Source: Catajapyx aquilonaris (lineage: Eukaryota). From it: a DNA stretch of 34,796 nucleotides. The DNA lies in the NCBI GenBank assembly GCA_000934665.2, contig JYFJ02004109.1:1-34796 (forward strand). The letters are read 5' to 3'. The notes under the pieces were generated by a model. The model made no database searches. It was not told the origin of the DNA and saw only the letters and a list, made by a program, of their open reading frames with translations. Both the position numbers and the translations under genes were made by a program. Positions 20,692 to 31,752 of the stretch are shown one piece after another. Within the stretch, counting starts at the first letter, position 1, and every line of letters begins with the position of its first letter.

Positions 20692-21858
20692 TATTTGCGA
20701 ACATCTGGGTCAGGTATGTTCCTCAATCACGCAACAACTGCTGGGTCATGCAATAATATAATATTCCAATGTATAACCCATCATACTGGATATTTTTAAC
20801 TAGCCGCATTTTTCCATCTCCAGTTGACGCAGCTTGGCACGTGAAATCATAATTTCGCCTATAGTTACTGGTGTCGAATCGGAATTTCTCCTGTAGTACA
20901 GGGTATACAGGCTCCCAATTATTTTTGGAAGCCGATATAGTATATCTACAGTACCGTACCGTTTATTTTGAAGGGTTCAATCCATATGAAGTTGCTGGTC
21001 CACTATTTTAAAATCTGTGTGGTTTTTTTTGTACAATCCGAACATGTCGGTAGTCCAAAACGGCGGTTACGTTAATTGAATTGGTTTTAGTTTTGTTTGA
21101 TATGGCGGATCTTTTTATTGAAATAAATTTCAAGTGCTTGTGGGAACTGAAATATTTTGGCCCCTGATTGTCCTACCACCATTGGATGAAAATCAATTTG
21201 TTCACAGAATATGGATGCCGTGATGCGGCATGCACTTACCACCTATTTTGGTCGCTTATGATGGCGGGTTTCCTCTTGCCTTTCAGTGGGTGTATAGAGG
21301 CCGACTCGAGACGCCTTGCTGTCAACCAGGTGTATAGCTCGTAGTTTGATTCCAGTCCTCTGAAGACATGATTGTGTGTCCACGGTCCACCTCCCGCGCA
21401 CAGCCGCACACCGACTCTCACCCAGCACCATTATCGTGCCCGATTGAGCCCTACACCCCTCTACTCTATCTAGTACAGTCCATACATAAAATTGCCTTTT
21501 GACATCTGGCCCTCTTGACCAGTATTCGCGCGACAAAATGCGCCGGAGTCACGGGGAGACAATTCGTATCTTATTAGGTCACAATCATGTGGATGTGTGC
21601 CAACGTCGCCTCACATCAATATATAGGCCTATACTACTGTAAATGATGAGTCTACAAGCGGTACACACTGTGACCCAATGTGATCAAACACACCTCCCGT
21701 AAAACACGATCTCAACTGCTCGTTTATTATTGGAAACACAAATACACAAAGACTCGGTTGGTGGGTGACAACAATGTATATAGTTGCTGCCTGCCTTGCC
21801 TTATCATGCTGTGGCTGCAATAAGAATAGATGGAACCATTCATGAACGCAATAATATA

Positions 21859-23216
21859 TTATTTAGTGTGAAATGTATATATCGTGTGCAAACCTTGTGC
21901 TGAGGAGGGTCTGGTGGCTTCCTGGTTGTTTGGTGGTAATGGAGGTGCTGGTTGTTTGGCCTCCCAGCAGCAGAAGACACGAAAGCAGAAGGTCCCGAAT
22001 GCGTCTGCTGCCCTGCTAAGGCCACTGGGGCTAGTGGATGCGGCAACATAAGCCTTATTCTCTCCCGCCCCCGCCCCTGGCACGGCCCCTCCTTCGCCCC
22101 CGCTGCTGCTGACGTCATTGTCGCTGTCTCCGTCTCCCTTGTTAATGTTGGAAGGAGACTCGTCCTGACCCTCCGGATCCTTCCCCTTCTCTGCCTTGTA
22201 GAGGGCATTTCGAAACCTCCTCCCCAGAAGACGCTCCTTCCAACCTGTCTTCCTCTTCCTCCTCCTCCTCCTCTTGTTGTTCCCGTCCACTGAATCGCCC
22301 TCCTTCATGTGCAGCAGGGCTAGAGCTGAAGCACAGGGGGGGGGGGGTGTCAACAACAGTCAGTGTTATATTAGATGATCCTATATATACATGCAGGTGG
22401 AAATGTAAGTCCCTATATTATGACCCACCGTGTATGGTGGCGATGTAGTGGGCCTCTGCCATGGACTTGGCAGGTCCCAGGATGGGCCTGTAGGATGTCA
22501 GGATGTCCCTTCTCTCCTGCTGGGAGAAGTCCGGGAAGCTGAGCTGGAGGCGTCGACGGTCGTGCTCCCACCACCGACACTCCTCGTCGTCGCAGACCTC
22601 CACGGCCACCCTCACCCTGCCTTCCACCCGGCCCATCTCCGTCACATGCAACTCCTCCTCCACTTCTTCCACATCATAATCAGCATCGTCGTCGTCGTCG
22701 TCGTAGGACGAGGAAGGACCAGCAGCGTCTTTGTCGCAGCTGCTGATTGTGCTTATTGTCGACACCTCGGCAGGACATTTCTGGAGTGGGTCCTCCAGAG
22801 GCGGAAGCTCGTCGTCGTCGCTTGGCTCGCTGGTGATGTATTCCCCTTCCTCGACACTGTCGCTCAAGTCAAACACTAGGACCTCTCCATCCTCCTCCTC
22901 CTCGTCCTCTTCGCCGCTCCTCCTGCATGTCGGTGGGAACAACTTCATTATGAGCTCGTCTAAAAAATTTATTGTTGGCTGGTGCGACTATATACAATAC
23001 GCACCATACCAGCGCGCCATCATCCTCCAGGTCCATCTGGGCGACACCAGTCGTGGTTGTTCCTTCACCGCAGTAGCCTCCAACACCACCATCTCTTATT
23101 ACTGGTCCTCTTCCTGCCGTGGTCGTCGTTGGTTGCATTGTCACCACTCTCCCCCTTTCCTCCAGCTCCTCCAGCTCCCTCTCCTCCCTGATCCCCTCCA
23201 ATGTGGATCTGTACAT
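21859..23216 (-). CDS. Uncharacterised acidic protein (about 390 aa). Proposed exons 23216..23005, 22922..22429, 22325..21859
   Basis: Three open frames join in phase through introns 22923..23004 (GTGCGT...TGCAG, phase 2, less certain) and 22326..22428 (GTGGGT...TTCAG, phase 1). Features: D/E-rich tracts, a KRRRRRKRK basic cluster and an FCFRVFCC motif. AATAAA lies on - near 21725 and a TATA-like element near 23525. Confidence 0.6.
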
Positions 23217-24925
23217 CTTGCAACAATAAGGATTGCAGGTGGCAAAAGATGATTCGGGGGCATCCAACAATAATCCCTCATCGGAAGAGGGAAGACGAAG
23301 GAGCCAACACACGCACACAACAGAAGGAAGGGGTCAACAATCGAGGTGGAAATGAACAGTAAACAAATGGAAGCCAACAGGAGCATGGATTGTCGAAACC
23401 GTGGTCGCAACTTGCGTGCCACAACCATCAATGTCTTTGGCCACAACAGAATCAGTACATGAGGAACATTGGCTAATGATGCCAATTTCTGGGATTCATT
23501 GTCCTACGAGTTGGAATGAATATTTATAATAATAATCACTAATCACTGACTATGTGGGTCCCTGAAAGAAACATGCAGTACATACCTGTAATGCCATCCA
23601 TGAATAGTTGAGGCACCATCAAGCTCCATCTAAAATACATTCGTAAGCAGTTATTGTTTTACGTGATCAAAAGTATTACCTCACTTAAGCTCTTTCACGG
23701 CAACATTTTCAATTAAAAGTGCAAGGCTGCAAGAAGGGAAGCACACCCATCATGATAATTCATACGTTGGCCAACGTATGAAATTGATTTGGATTTTATT
23801 ATCTGATGAGTAACGAGGCTTCTCAGACAAATTGATACCACTCACAAAGTGATCCTCTGATTGCCGACGAGATCTGAGACCGACCAAGTATTTAGCAAGA
23901 CGAAGGACTGAAGGAATTTGCCTCGACCCTTTGTCTTCAAGTGACTTTACGTGAGGTAATACGGTAGGGCAAACCAAGCTATAAATTGCATCATGTTTCT
24001 AATTGGGAACGACCCAAGATATTGGCATTCAACTGGGTAATGAGAGAACTGCAAAGACCCACAGGTTGATGCAGTATAACCAGTCGCACAACAATCGGCT
24101 CCAACAACAGTCTTCTGCCTGAAAGAGTGCACTAACAGAACACGTGCGTCAGGTAACCTCAACTGTAATTAATCAAGGTACACAAAAATGACATGGCGTA
24201 GACGCTGATTAGCCAGGAGCCCGGCTTTTTTTTTCCGTTTTCCACTTTTTTTGTTGTTGTCGACAACAACAATTGGGTTGGTATGGGTGGGAAGGGATCA
24301 CAAAGCAGTTCAAGGTAGAAAATGGCACAAACATAAGTGTTGTGGATATGATGGAAATTTTGGTCAAAAAATTTTCCTCTTCCAGGTGGAACATGAGGTA
24401 GAAAGTGTTTTTTTGAGCAGCCTCCATTATTGTTTCACTCTCTTCACTTCAATGTTTGTTGGGGGCGAGGTAGGGGGAGGGGGTAGACAAAAATAATTAA
24501 AAAAAACAACAACAACATTGCTCGTGGTCCATAAGCCAACAATCAATAAGGGGGGTGTCGGGACAGAGGGAAAACAACAATCACTACGCCTCTATGTTAT
24601 ACTCTTTTGCACAAAATAAACAATAGGCAGGTTTGGCAAGGAGGAAAGAAAAAAAAACGAAACAATTTGGCAACAATAGTTACTGGAAGCGCAACAATAG
24701 CACTGTTCTCTTTCCGTCGCTGTTTGGCACACAGAATATATATTTATATACTTTCTTAAAAAGTTTCTTTTAAACAATTGATTCGTGGGGAAGATCGCCT
24801 CTGGAAGCATGTTGATAATAAATCACGCGGTATGAGGGGGGGGATTCTTAAAAAAATAAAAACTGAAGTTTGGGGAGGTCATTTTGCGATGCACAAACAC
24901 TGCACACGCACACCGGTTTCATCAG

Positions 24926-27900
24926 TTACTGGTGCTTCCCCTGCTGCTGCTGCTGGTGGACCTGCAGGTGGGCCAGGAGGTGCTGGCGGGTAGGGAACCC
25001 AGCGTCGCAAGTCTCGCACACAAACGGCCTGGGCTGTGCATGGAGAAGCAGGTGCTGGAAATGGCCAAAAGAGGTGGTGAGAATCGGCATGTGAAACCTT
25101 GCCGGCTCGTCTTTACCTTCTTAAGAGCAACCGGGTTGTGGAAGATGAGTCCACAGAGATCACATGGGCAGCTGCTGGTTGACCCTGGCGGTTCTGCGAT
25201 GGTCGGGGGCAGGGCAGGTGGCAGCCCAGGGGCAGAAGAAGGTGGCGACTCGTACCCCTCCTCCTCCTCCACCTCTTCACCCGAAGACTGCGACTCTTCC
25301 GCCTCCTCCGCAGCTGGGATGTGGCTGGCAGGTGGCCCCATGGGAGTCCCTGGCCCCTTTCCCTGCAGCCTGACGGCCATTTCCTGCAGGCTGGTGAGTG
25401 AGTTCCTGCAGTCTGAGGTGTCGATGTCATTCAGGTTGACCCCCGACCTCTCAATCTCGGCATAGGTTCCAAAGGGAAGCTTCCCGAGGCACTCCAGCTT
25501 CATGATGTGCATCTTGGAGCGCAGGTGCTTGGCCAGGTGTCCGTGGATGCGGAAGGCAATCTTGCAGTCGGCGCACTTGAACGGACGAGGGTTCTCGGTG
25601 GTGGGCGCCCCAAAGGCCTGGTTCATGCTGACCTTGTTGGAGTGGGACACTGACCGCTTGTGCTTCTGCAGGTGGCCTTTGGTGCGGAAGGACACTGCGC
25701 ATGACTCGCACCTGGAAGTGTACATGTTCTCAGTGAACAACCTAGACAATTCACTTTAAATCCCCAAGAATGTTGACAAATTTACAGCCAAAATGTAGAG
25801 CTACAACGGTGTGTGCCTCACCTGAATGGCCGCTCAAAGTAGTGTATGTTGAGGTGTAGACGTAGCTGGGAGGGCTTTCCAAAGACCTTCTGGCAGACGG
25901 AGCAGACGGAGCGACCTTCCCCTGCGTCCACTGGCATGGGAGGGTTTGGAAGTGTGGGCTGCGGGGCAGTAACACTGGCTGAGGTTGGATGGTGATGGTG
26001 GTGGGTGGAAGGAACCTGGTGGTGCTTCATGGAGGAGTCCCTCAGGGCTCTGGCCGTCAGGTACGCCTGGAGCATAGGGGTAGGAGGCTGCTCCGTCTGG
26101 TGGGACACCAGAGGAGGGCCATGGGCAGGAGGTCCAGTGGTGGTGGTGGTGGTGGTAACAGCAGTGGTGGTGGTGGTCATCACCGGAGCACCCTTTCCGC
26201 TCAGGTCCAAGGCAGACTCTGGGTTCTGAGCAGGTGGTGGTGGCAAAGGAGGGGATGCTGGGGCAGGCGGAGGGCCAGGGGCAGAGGAGGAAGGAGGAGG
26301 AGGAGGGGCCAGTTCACGCCTCGATGGAAAGTAGTACCTGGAAAAGAGCAAGAGAACAGCATAGAGAATCTTGCCCACACTATCTCTCCCAGGTGGATTT
26401 TCAAAAACATTTAACCACGCTGCGTTGCCAAGTTGCTAATAGGAACACCACACAACATCTGCAGTTTCTCTGCAGCTTTATATGGCATGTTAAAGCTGCC
26501 AATCCCTCTTGACTTAGCTCACTATGCAGTACGTGCAGGTTTTACTAATCTCTTTCAGTCATCATCAATCCCCATGCTAAGGACTGGTCCCCTGCTATAG
26601 CCAACAAATAAAGTGAAGCGGAAGAATTGCGAATCGATGAGCACTATGGACTGACCTGGGTGCTTCCCCTTGGAGGATAAAAGTTCCGCCCTGAGGCCGC
26701 ACCACCGGACCCTGGGGCTGCCCCTGGGCCTCGTTGCCATCCTCCTCCTCCTCCTCCTCTTCGTCGTCCCCGTCATCCTCCTCTTCCTCTCCACCCTCCT
26801 TTCTTCTTCTCCTTTTCCGCTGCCTCTTTCCCTTCCTCCGTACCTCCCCCCTGTCCTCGGCCTTCTCCTTCTTCCTCTCCTCCACCACCGCCGCTTCCCA
26901 CTCTCTACTAGCTGACGATGACGATGACGACGACGATGATGATGCGGTGGTGGTGGGCAGTGTTGGGGTGTGTCGGGAAGGCAGCTCCTGCTGCACTGAC
27001 AACATGTGGTGCTGGTAAGGGTAAGTGTTTGGCTTGGCCGTGGGTGGGACCACCCCGGCATGGACAGGGAAGTGGGGCGGCGCAGACCCAGATGGGCCGT
27101 TGCCGCCACCCACCGCCCCAGAGAGATCCAGCAAGCTCCTGGCAGCGTCCTCAGTCTCAAAGAGTTTGGCAGACTTTCCCCCTTCCTGGTCAGCATCCTC
27201 AAACTGACCCTTCGACCCCTCGTCATCCTCCCCCTCCTCGTCATCCTCTTCGTCGTCCTCATCCTCCTCCCCTTCAGATGACTCGTCCTCATCCTCGTCT
27301 TCGTCCTCGTCCTCTTCATCGTCCTCCTCCTCCGCACTCCCTCTCCCTGCCTCCCCCTGCAATGCAGGTAAGACCAAAATTATTTCACATCTTCCGAACA
27401 GGCGCAACACCAACCACAACGTAACACTTACCAGCTTGGCAAGTGACTCAGCATCAATCTGAGTGTCATCCACTGTTGTCGGGACAGGAAATATCCCGAG
27501 TTCCACGCACTTCTTGTGGTGGGCCTTGGATTTCATGTGCTTCGTCAGGTTGCCCTTGGTCTTGAAGCTGTAGAGACGGCTGAGATTAGACGAGATAACA
27601 AGCATTGTTGGGTTTGGCTGGCTGGCGGGTGACCTCACCTGAAGTTGCAGTGCCTGCATGCAAATGGCCGGACGTCCGTGTGTGTCCTCAGGTGCTTCTT
27701 GAGCATGGACGGCTTCCGGCACCGGATCCCACACTCCTCGCACACATACCTTCCCCTTCCCCTACCCCGCACATACGTGTAGTCCTCGTTTGACTCAAAC
27801 CCGCCCTCAAATATCTTAACCCTCTTCGGCTGCTTCTCCTCGTCTTCGGTGGTTGTGTTGCTGCTGCCGCTGTTGTTGTTGTTGCCAAGACTGTTGTTGG

Positions 27901-30900
27901 CTGTGGTGCTGCCGCCACTCTCCTCTCCTTCCTCTTCTTCCTTCTCAAGCCCTGCAAACAATTTAATGATTAGTGTCACATTATTCCAATTTTAATGTTT
28001 CATACACTTGAGAAGCGTGCAGTACGTACGTGGGGCAGTTTCTTCCTTTGTCGCGGCGGGTAGAGGAGGTGGAGAAGCATCAGGGAGTGGAGGTGGAGAC
28101 GCAGCAGCAGGAGGAGGTTGAGCAGATGGAGGCGAGCTTGGGTCTGGAGTGGCCACCTTTGCCTTCCAGTGTGACGAGGAGTGAGTGGTAATCAGCTGCT
28201 GCACCTGTGTGGCCACGGAGTATCCTGGCGGCCTGTGCCTGGAGTCGTAAGCAGCCATGGCCTGACTGGGGGCCAGACCAGGGGCTGCCCAGGATGATGC
28301 CCTGCACACCTGCCAGTTGCAGTACATGGAAAGGGTTGGGTCTGTCTCCTGGGGGACGTACATGGGCTGGGGCTTGTGCAGGGTGCAGAAGGTCACTCGG
28401 GTGGAGCACTTGAGCCCCAGGTAGGTGTAGGCATGGCCGTTCAGGTAGAGCTGGCCGTACGCCTTGCGGGGACGGGGAGTCTCTGGGCTGACCAGGCCTG
28501 GGGGCAACCCAGTTGCCAGAGGGGAGAGACCAGGGCTGTTGGCCATGCCTGGCGAGGAAGCCACGGCTGCAGCCAGGCGGTGCTTCTTCAGGGCAAAGGT
28601 GCCAGGTTTCAGAGGCAAGGAAGTGGGACGCAGGAACCGGGGGCCTCCCCCGGATGGCTCCTCCTCATCCGACTTGGAGTCTGCGGTGGGATCGACCCGG
28701 ATGAGTGGGGGTGGCAGGTTCCTGGGACTACTCTTGGGCTGGGAGGTCAAGTTTAACGGAGAGGGTGACGAGGGTAAGGACAGAGAGTCCGAGTGAGGAC
28801 CAGGGATGCCCGGCACATGTCGAAATGCGGGTGGGCCAGAGACAGTCCCTGGGTTCTGCAGTTTGGGAGCAAATGATGACGGCAGAGAGAGTCCTGATAG
28901 TACCATGGGGCCTGGCGTGGACATGGAGGCAGCCGCAGCAGCAGCAGCAGCTGCCGCGGCCGCTGCAGCCGCAAGTGGCGAAGTTCGCTGGCCCAGAGGC
29001 GACTCCTGAACTTGCACTAAGGAGCCGGCAGTAAGTAGGCCTGATCGCAGCACCAGATGAGACGGTGTGGGAGGCGTGCTAGGTGGCGGGGTGGGACTTG
29101 ACACACTGGGGAGTGGACCCGAGGTGGCACCAGGGCCCGGCCAACTTGTTGGGGGACTGGGAGCACCTCCACCGCCACAGCCCTCGATACGTATGGTCCT
29201 GGTAGCCATCCCTTCCCGGATGCGGACTTCACCACCAAACATGTTCAGAGCACTTCCTGCTGGCCTGTTGGCCCCTGGACTGGGGCAGTCTGTAGGGGAA
29301 GGGGCCACCCGGCCCAGGGAGGGTGACGGAGGGCACTCGAGCACTAGCCGCCTCTTCTTCAGCACGGGGCTTCCGAAGTAGCTGCTGCTAGACTGCCCCT
29401 GGATCAGAAGAGTAGAGCCAAGCGATGGCCCAGGACTGGCTGCTGACAACTCCCTGGACTTGTTGAGCAGGAGGTCCTTGATGATGGATCCTTCTGGGTT
29501 CTGCGGATGGGCAGATGCAAAATCCAGCCTGGGAGTCTTGGACCCACCGGGGCTGACCAGGAGCTCTCGCACCATGGACGTCTCGGAGATGGTCCTCTTG
29601 CGGATGTTGGTGGGTAGGGTGAGGTTCAGGGGTTGGGGCGATGGTGATGCGGTGGCGATTGGGACGGGTGTGGGCGCAGGCGAGGAGCCAGCAGCCCGCT
29701 TGGAAGATGCGGACGATGAGGAGGAAGAGGACGAGGAGGAAGAGTTTGAGTTTGAATTGGAAGCCCAGAGAGGGTCTGTGTTGTCCAGCAAAGCCTGGTT
29801 CTGGCTGATCAGCCTGTTTATTCGCACTCTGACCTCCTCAGAGGTCAGAGTCATTGCACCACTGGATGTTCCCACAGACGGGCAAGGCGACTGCCCACCA
29901 CCGGCTCCACCGAGCACCACCTGATTGTGTGAAATGAGCCTGGCGATGTGCCTCTGCAGCGACTGGGCCTCCACTTCCTCAGCATTTTTGGCACTGCGAG
30001 GAGGAGGCCCTGGCGAGGAGACGGGAGGTGGGTCCTCGGTGAAGACCAGCCTCTTCATATGGAACTTTGGCTTGTAGATGCCTTTCTGCGGAGGATTTGT
30101 CTCCTCTGCGGAGGGTGCCGCCTCTGCAGGGGCTGCCAGCTGGGGCTTGTCCATGGCAGGCTCTGGCCGGTCTTCTTCATCGTCCTCGTCCTCATCATCC
30201 TCCGCACTGTCACTGTCCCCGCTTGGTCCAGTGCTGCTCTTGGCCCCCGGGCTGGCCCCACCTTGGCCCCTAGATGGCCGCGTGTCAGCCTTGAGTGCAT
30301 GCGACCTGCTCTTGCAGTGCTTGGACAGGTTGCTCTTGGTCTTGAAGGCGAAACCGCAGGCCAGGCAAGGATACGGCCTCTCGTTAGTGTGCGCCCGCAC
30401 ATGCTTCTGGAGGACACTTGGCTTGGCGCAGGCCAGGCCGCAGAAGGGGCACACGTGCTTGCCCGCCCCTGATCCACCAACAGGTTTGTGACACTGCCCG
30501 TTGACCAGCACAGGACTTCCATCTTCCTCGGCCCTGCTGGATGAAGAAACAGGCCAATGAGGCATCCGGTTTGCTACAATTTTCGTGCAGTGCTATGTAA
30601 ACAGTACCATTACAAAAATATAATTCATATATCGGTTTCTCTGACAGTGAGTGTGGGTACCTGGTGGCAGCAGGTGCAGGAGGTGAAGGTGCCTGTGCCA
30701 CCGGGGATGCAGCAGGGCTGGACGAGGAGTGTGTGGCCGCCGTGGCCGCAGAGGTGGTGGCCACCTTTTTGAACTTCTTGTGCAGGTATCGCAGGTGGCC
30801 TCCCCACGAGGAAGCCGACTGCAAGGTTGGCGTGGCCATCTCTTTGGTTGAGACGCCTCCGACGGAGACGCCCCCGTCCTCCTCCTCCTCGTTGTTGTTG

Positions 30901-30946
30901 TTGGCACTGCTACTGCTGTTAGCACCGCTGCTGCACTGGCCTGTAC
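24926..30946 (-). CDS. shn: Schnurri / HIVEP (ZAS family) C2H2 zinc-finger transcription factor, BMP/Smad cofactor. Exons 30946..30661, 30536..28030, 27951..27639, 27567..27432, 27356..26656, 26337..25822, 25711..25117, 25054..24926
   Basis: Diagnostic motifs: [146 protein letters not shown] followed by an acidic tract; and the triplet ..[31 protein letters not shown]. All seven introns are GT-AG and in phase. 5076 nt from the in-frame ATG at 30839 (1691 aa); the true start may lie in an upstream exon. Confidence 0.95.
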
Positions 30947-31606
30947 CTGTAATTAAAAACACAGCAATTAGCTAAATGAAGCTTCCTCTCCACACTAAGT
31001 GCTAATACGATATTCTATTAATCGTAATCATTTTGTGGCAATCCCCAGAGAACTTTGATTGAAATAGTTTCAATGCGTTCTCTCCTATTGTTGTTATTTG
31101 GTGGGGGTTGTTTGCACCTAGTGTACGACTGACTGAGTGCAATGCATCACATCCGGTCAGCATATCGGGGTGCTGACAGACAATGTCTGCAGTGCATATG
31201 GGTGTAGTACGCAGCCTGGCTGTCCAATGAGGGTTGGAGGATGAGAAGGTGGGTCGGCCGCAGGGGATGATAATGTACACACATTAATAGCATGCTTCAT
31301 GTGCAGTGTATGTAATGACATTACGAGCCAGTGGGGGGTTCAGATAAAGTCTTATCGCAAAATATGAAAAAAAAAAAAGAAGAGGAGAGTCGACCTCTGC
31401 ACCATCGGACCAGACGGTCTGATCCAATCAAAAGCTGGCATTACGTGTAGTGTGGAGTGGAGGGTTGTGGGGAGGGTAGGGCAGGGGCTATATGCACAAG
31501 GTCAAAGGGCAATCTGGAGGAGGGGGCCACAGGACATCATTGTCTGGTTGGCCGGGAAATCCCTCCACCTGCTATCTTTTCATAGGTACCGCAATAAGCA
31601 TCAAAA

Positions 31607-31752
31607 GAGCATCACTGGGTGAGACTCCCATGGAGCACCATCTTCTAATTCTCTCGAGAGATGCTTTTTTGTTGCTAAAAAGCATCGCAAGAGCATTAAA
31701 AAAAATTGCTGCTCCATCATGGGAGACTCACCCGGACTCACCAGTGATGCTC
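31607..31752. mobile_element. 146-bp foldback hairpin (MITE-like) in the shn upstream intron/5' region
   Basis: GAGCATCACTGGGTGAGACTCCCATGGAGCA pairs with TGCTCCATCATGGGAGACTCACCC..CCAGTGATGCTC; inner stem GATGCTTTTT/AAAAAGCATC. Confidence 0.75.

Noticed and set aside
22480..22640. VRVAVEVCDDEECRWWEHDRRR resembling the GADD34/DP71L PP1-binding region
   Set aside because: Lacks the obligatory RVxF motif and the RxGxW..DRxRF core; similarity too weak.
24884..30975. Numerous plus-strand and alternate-frame ORFs over the shn exons
   Set aside because: Shadow ORFs of GC-rich, low-complexity coding sequence.
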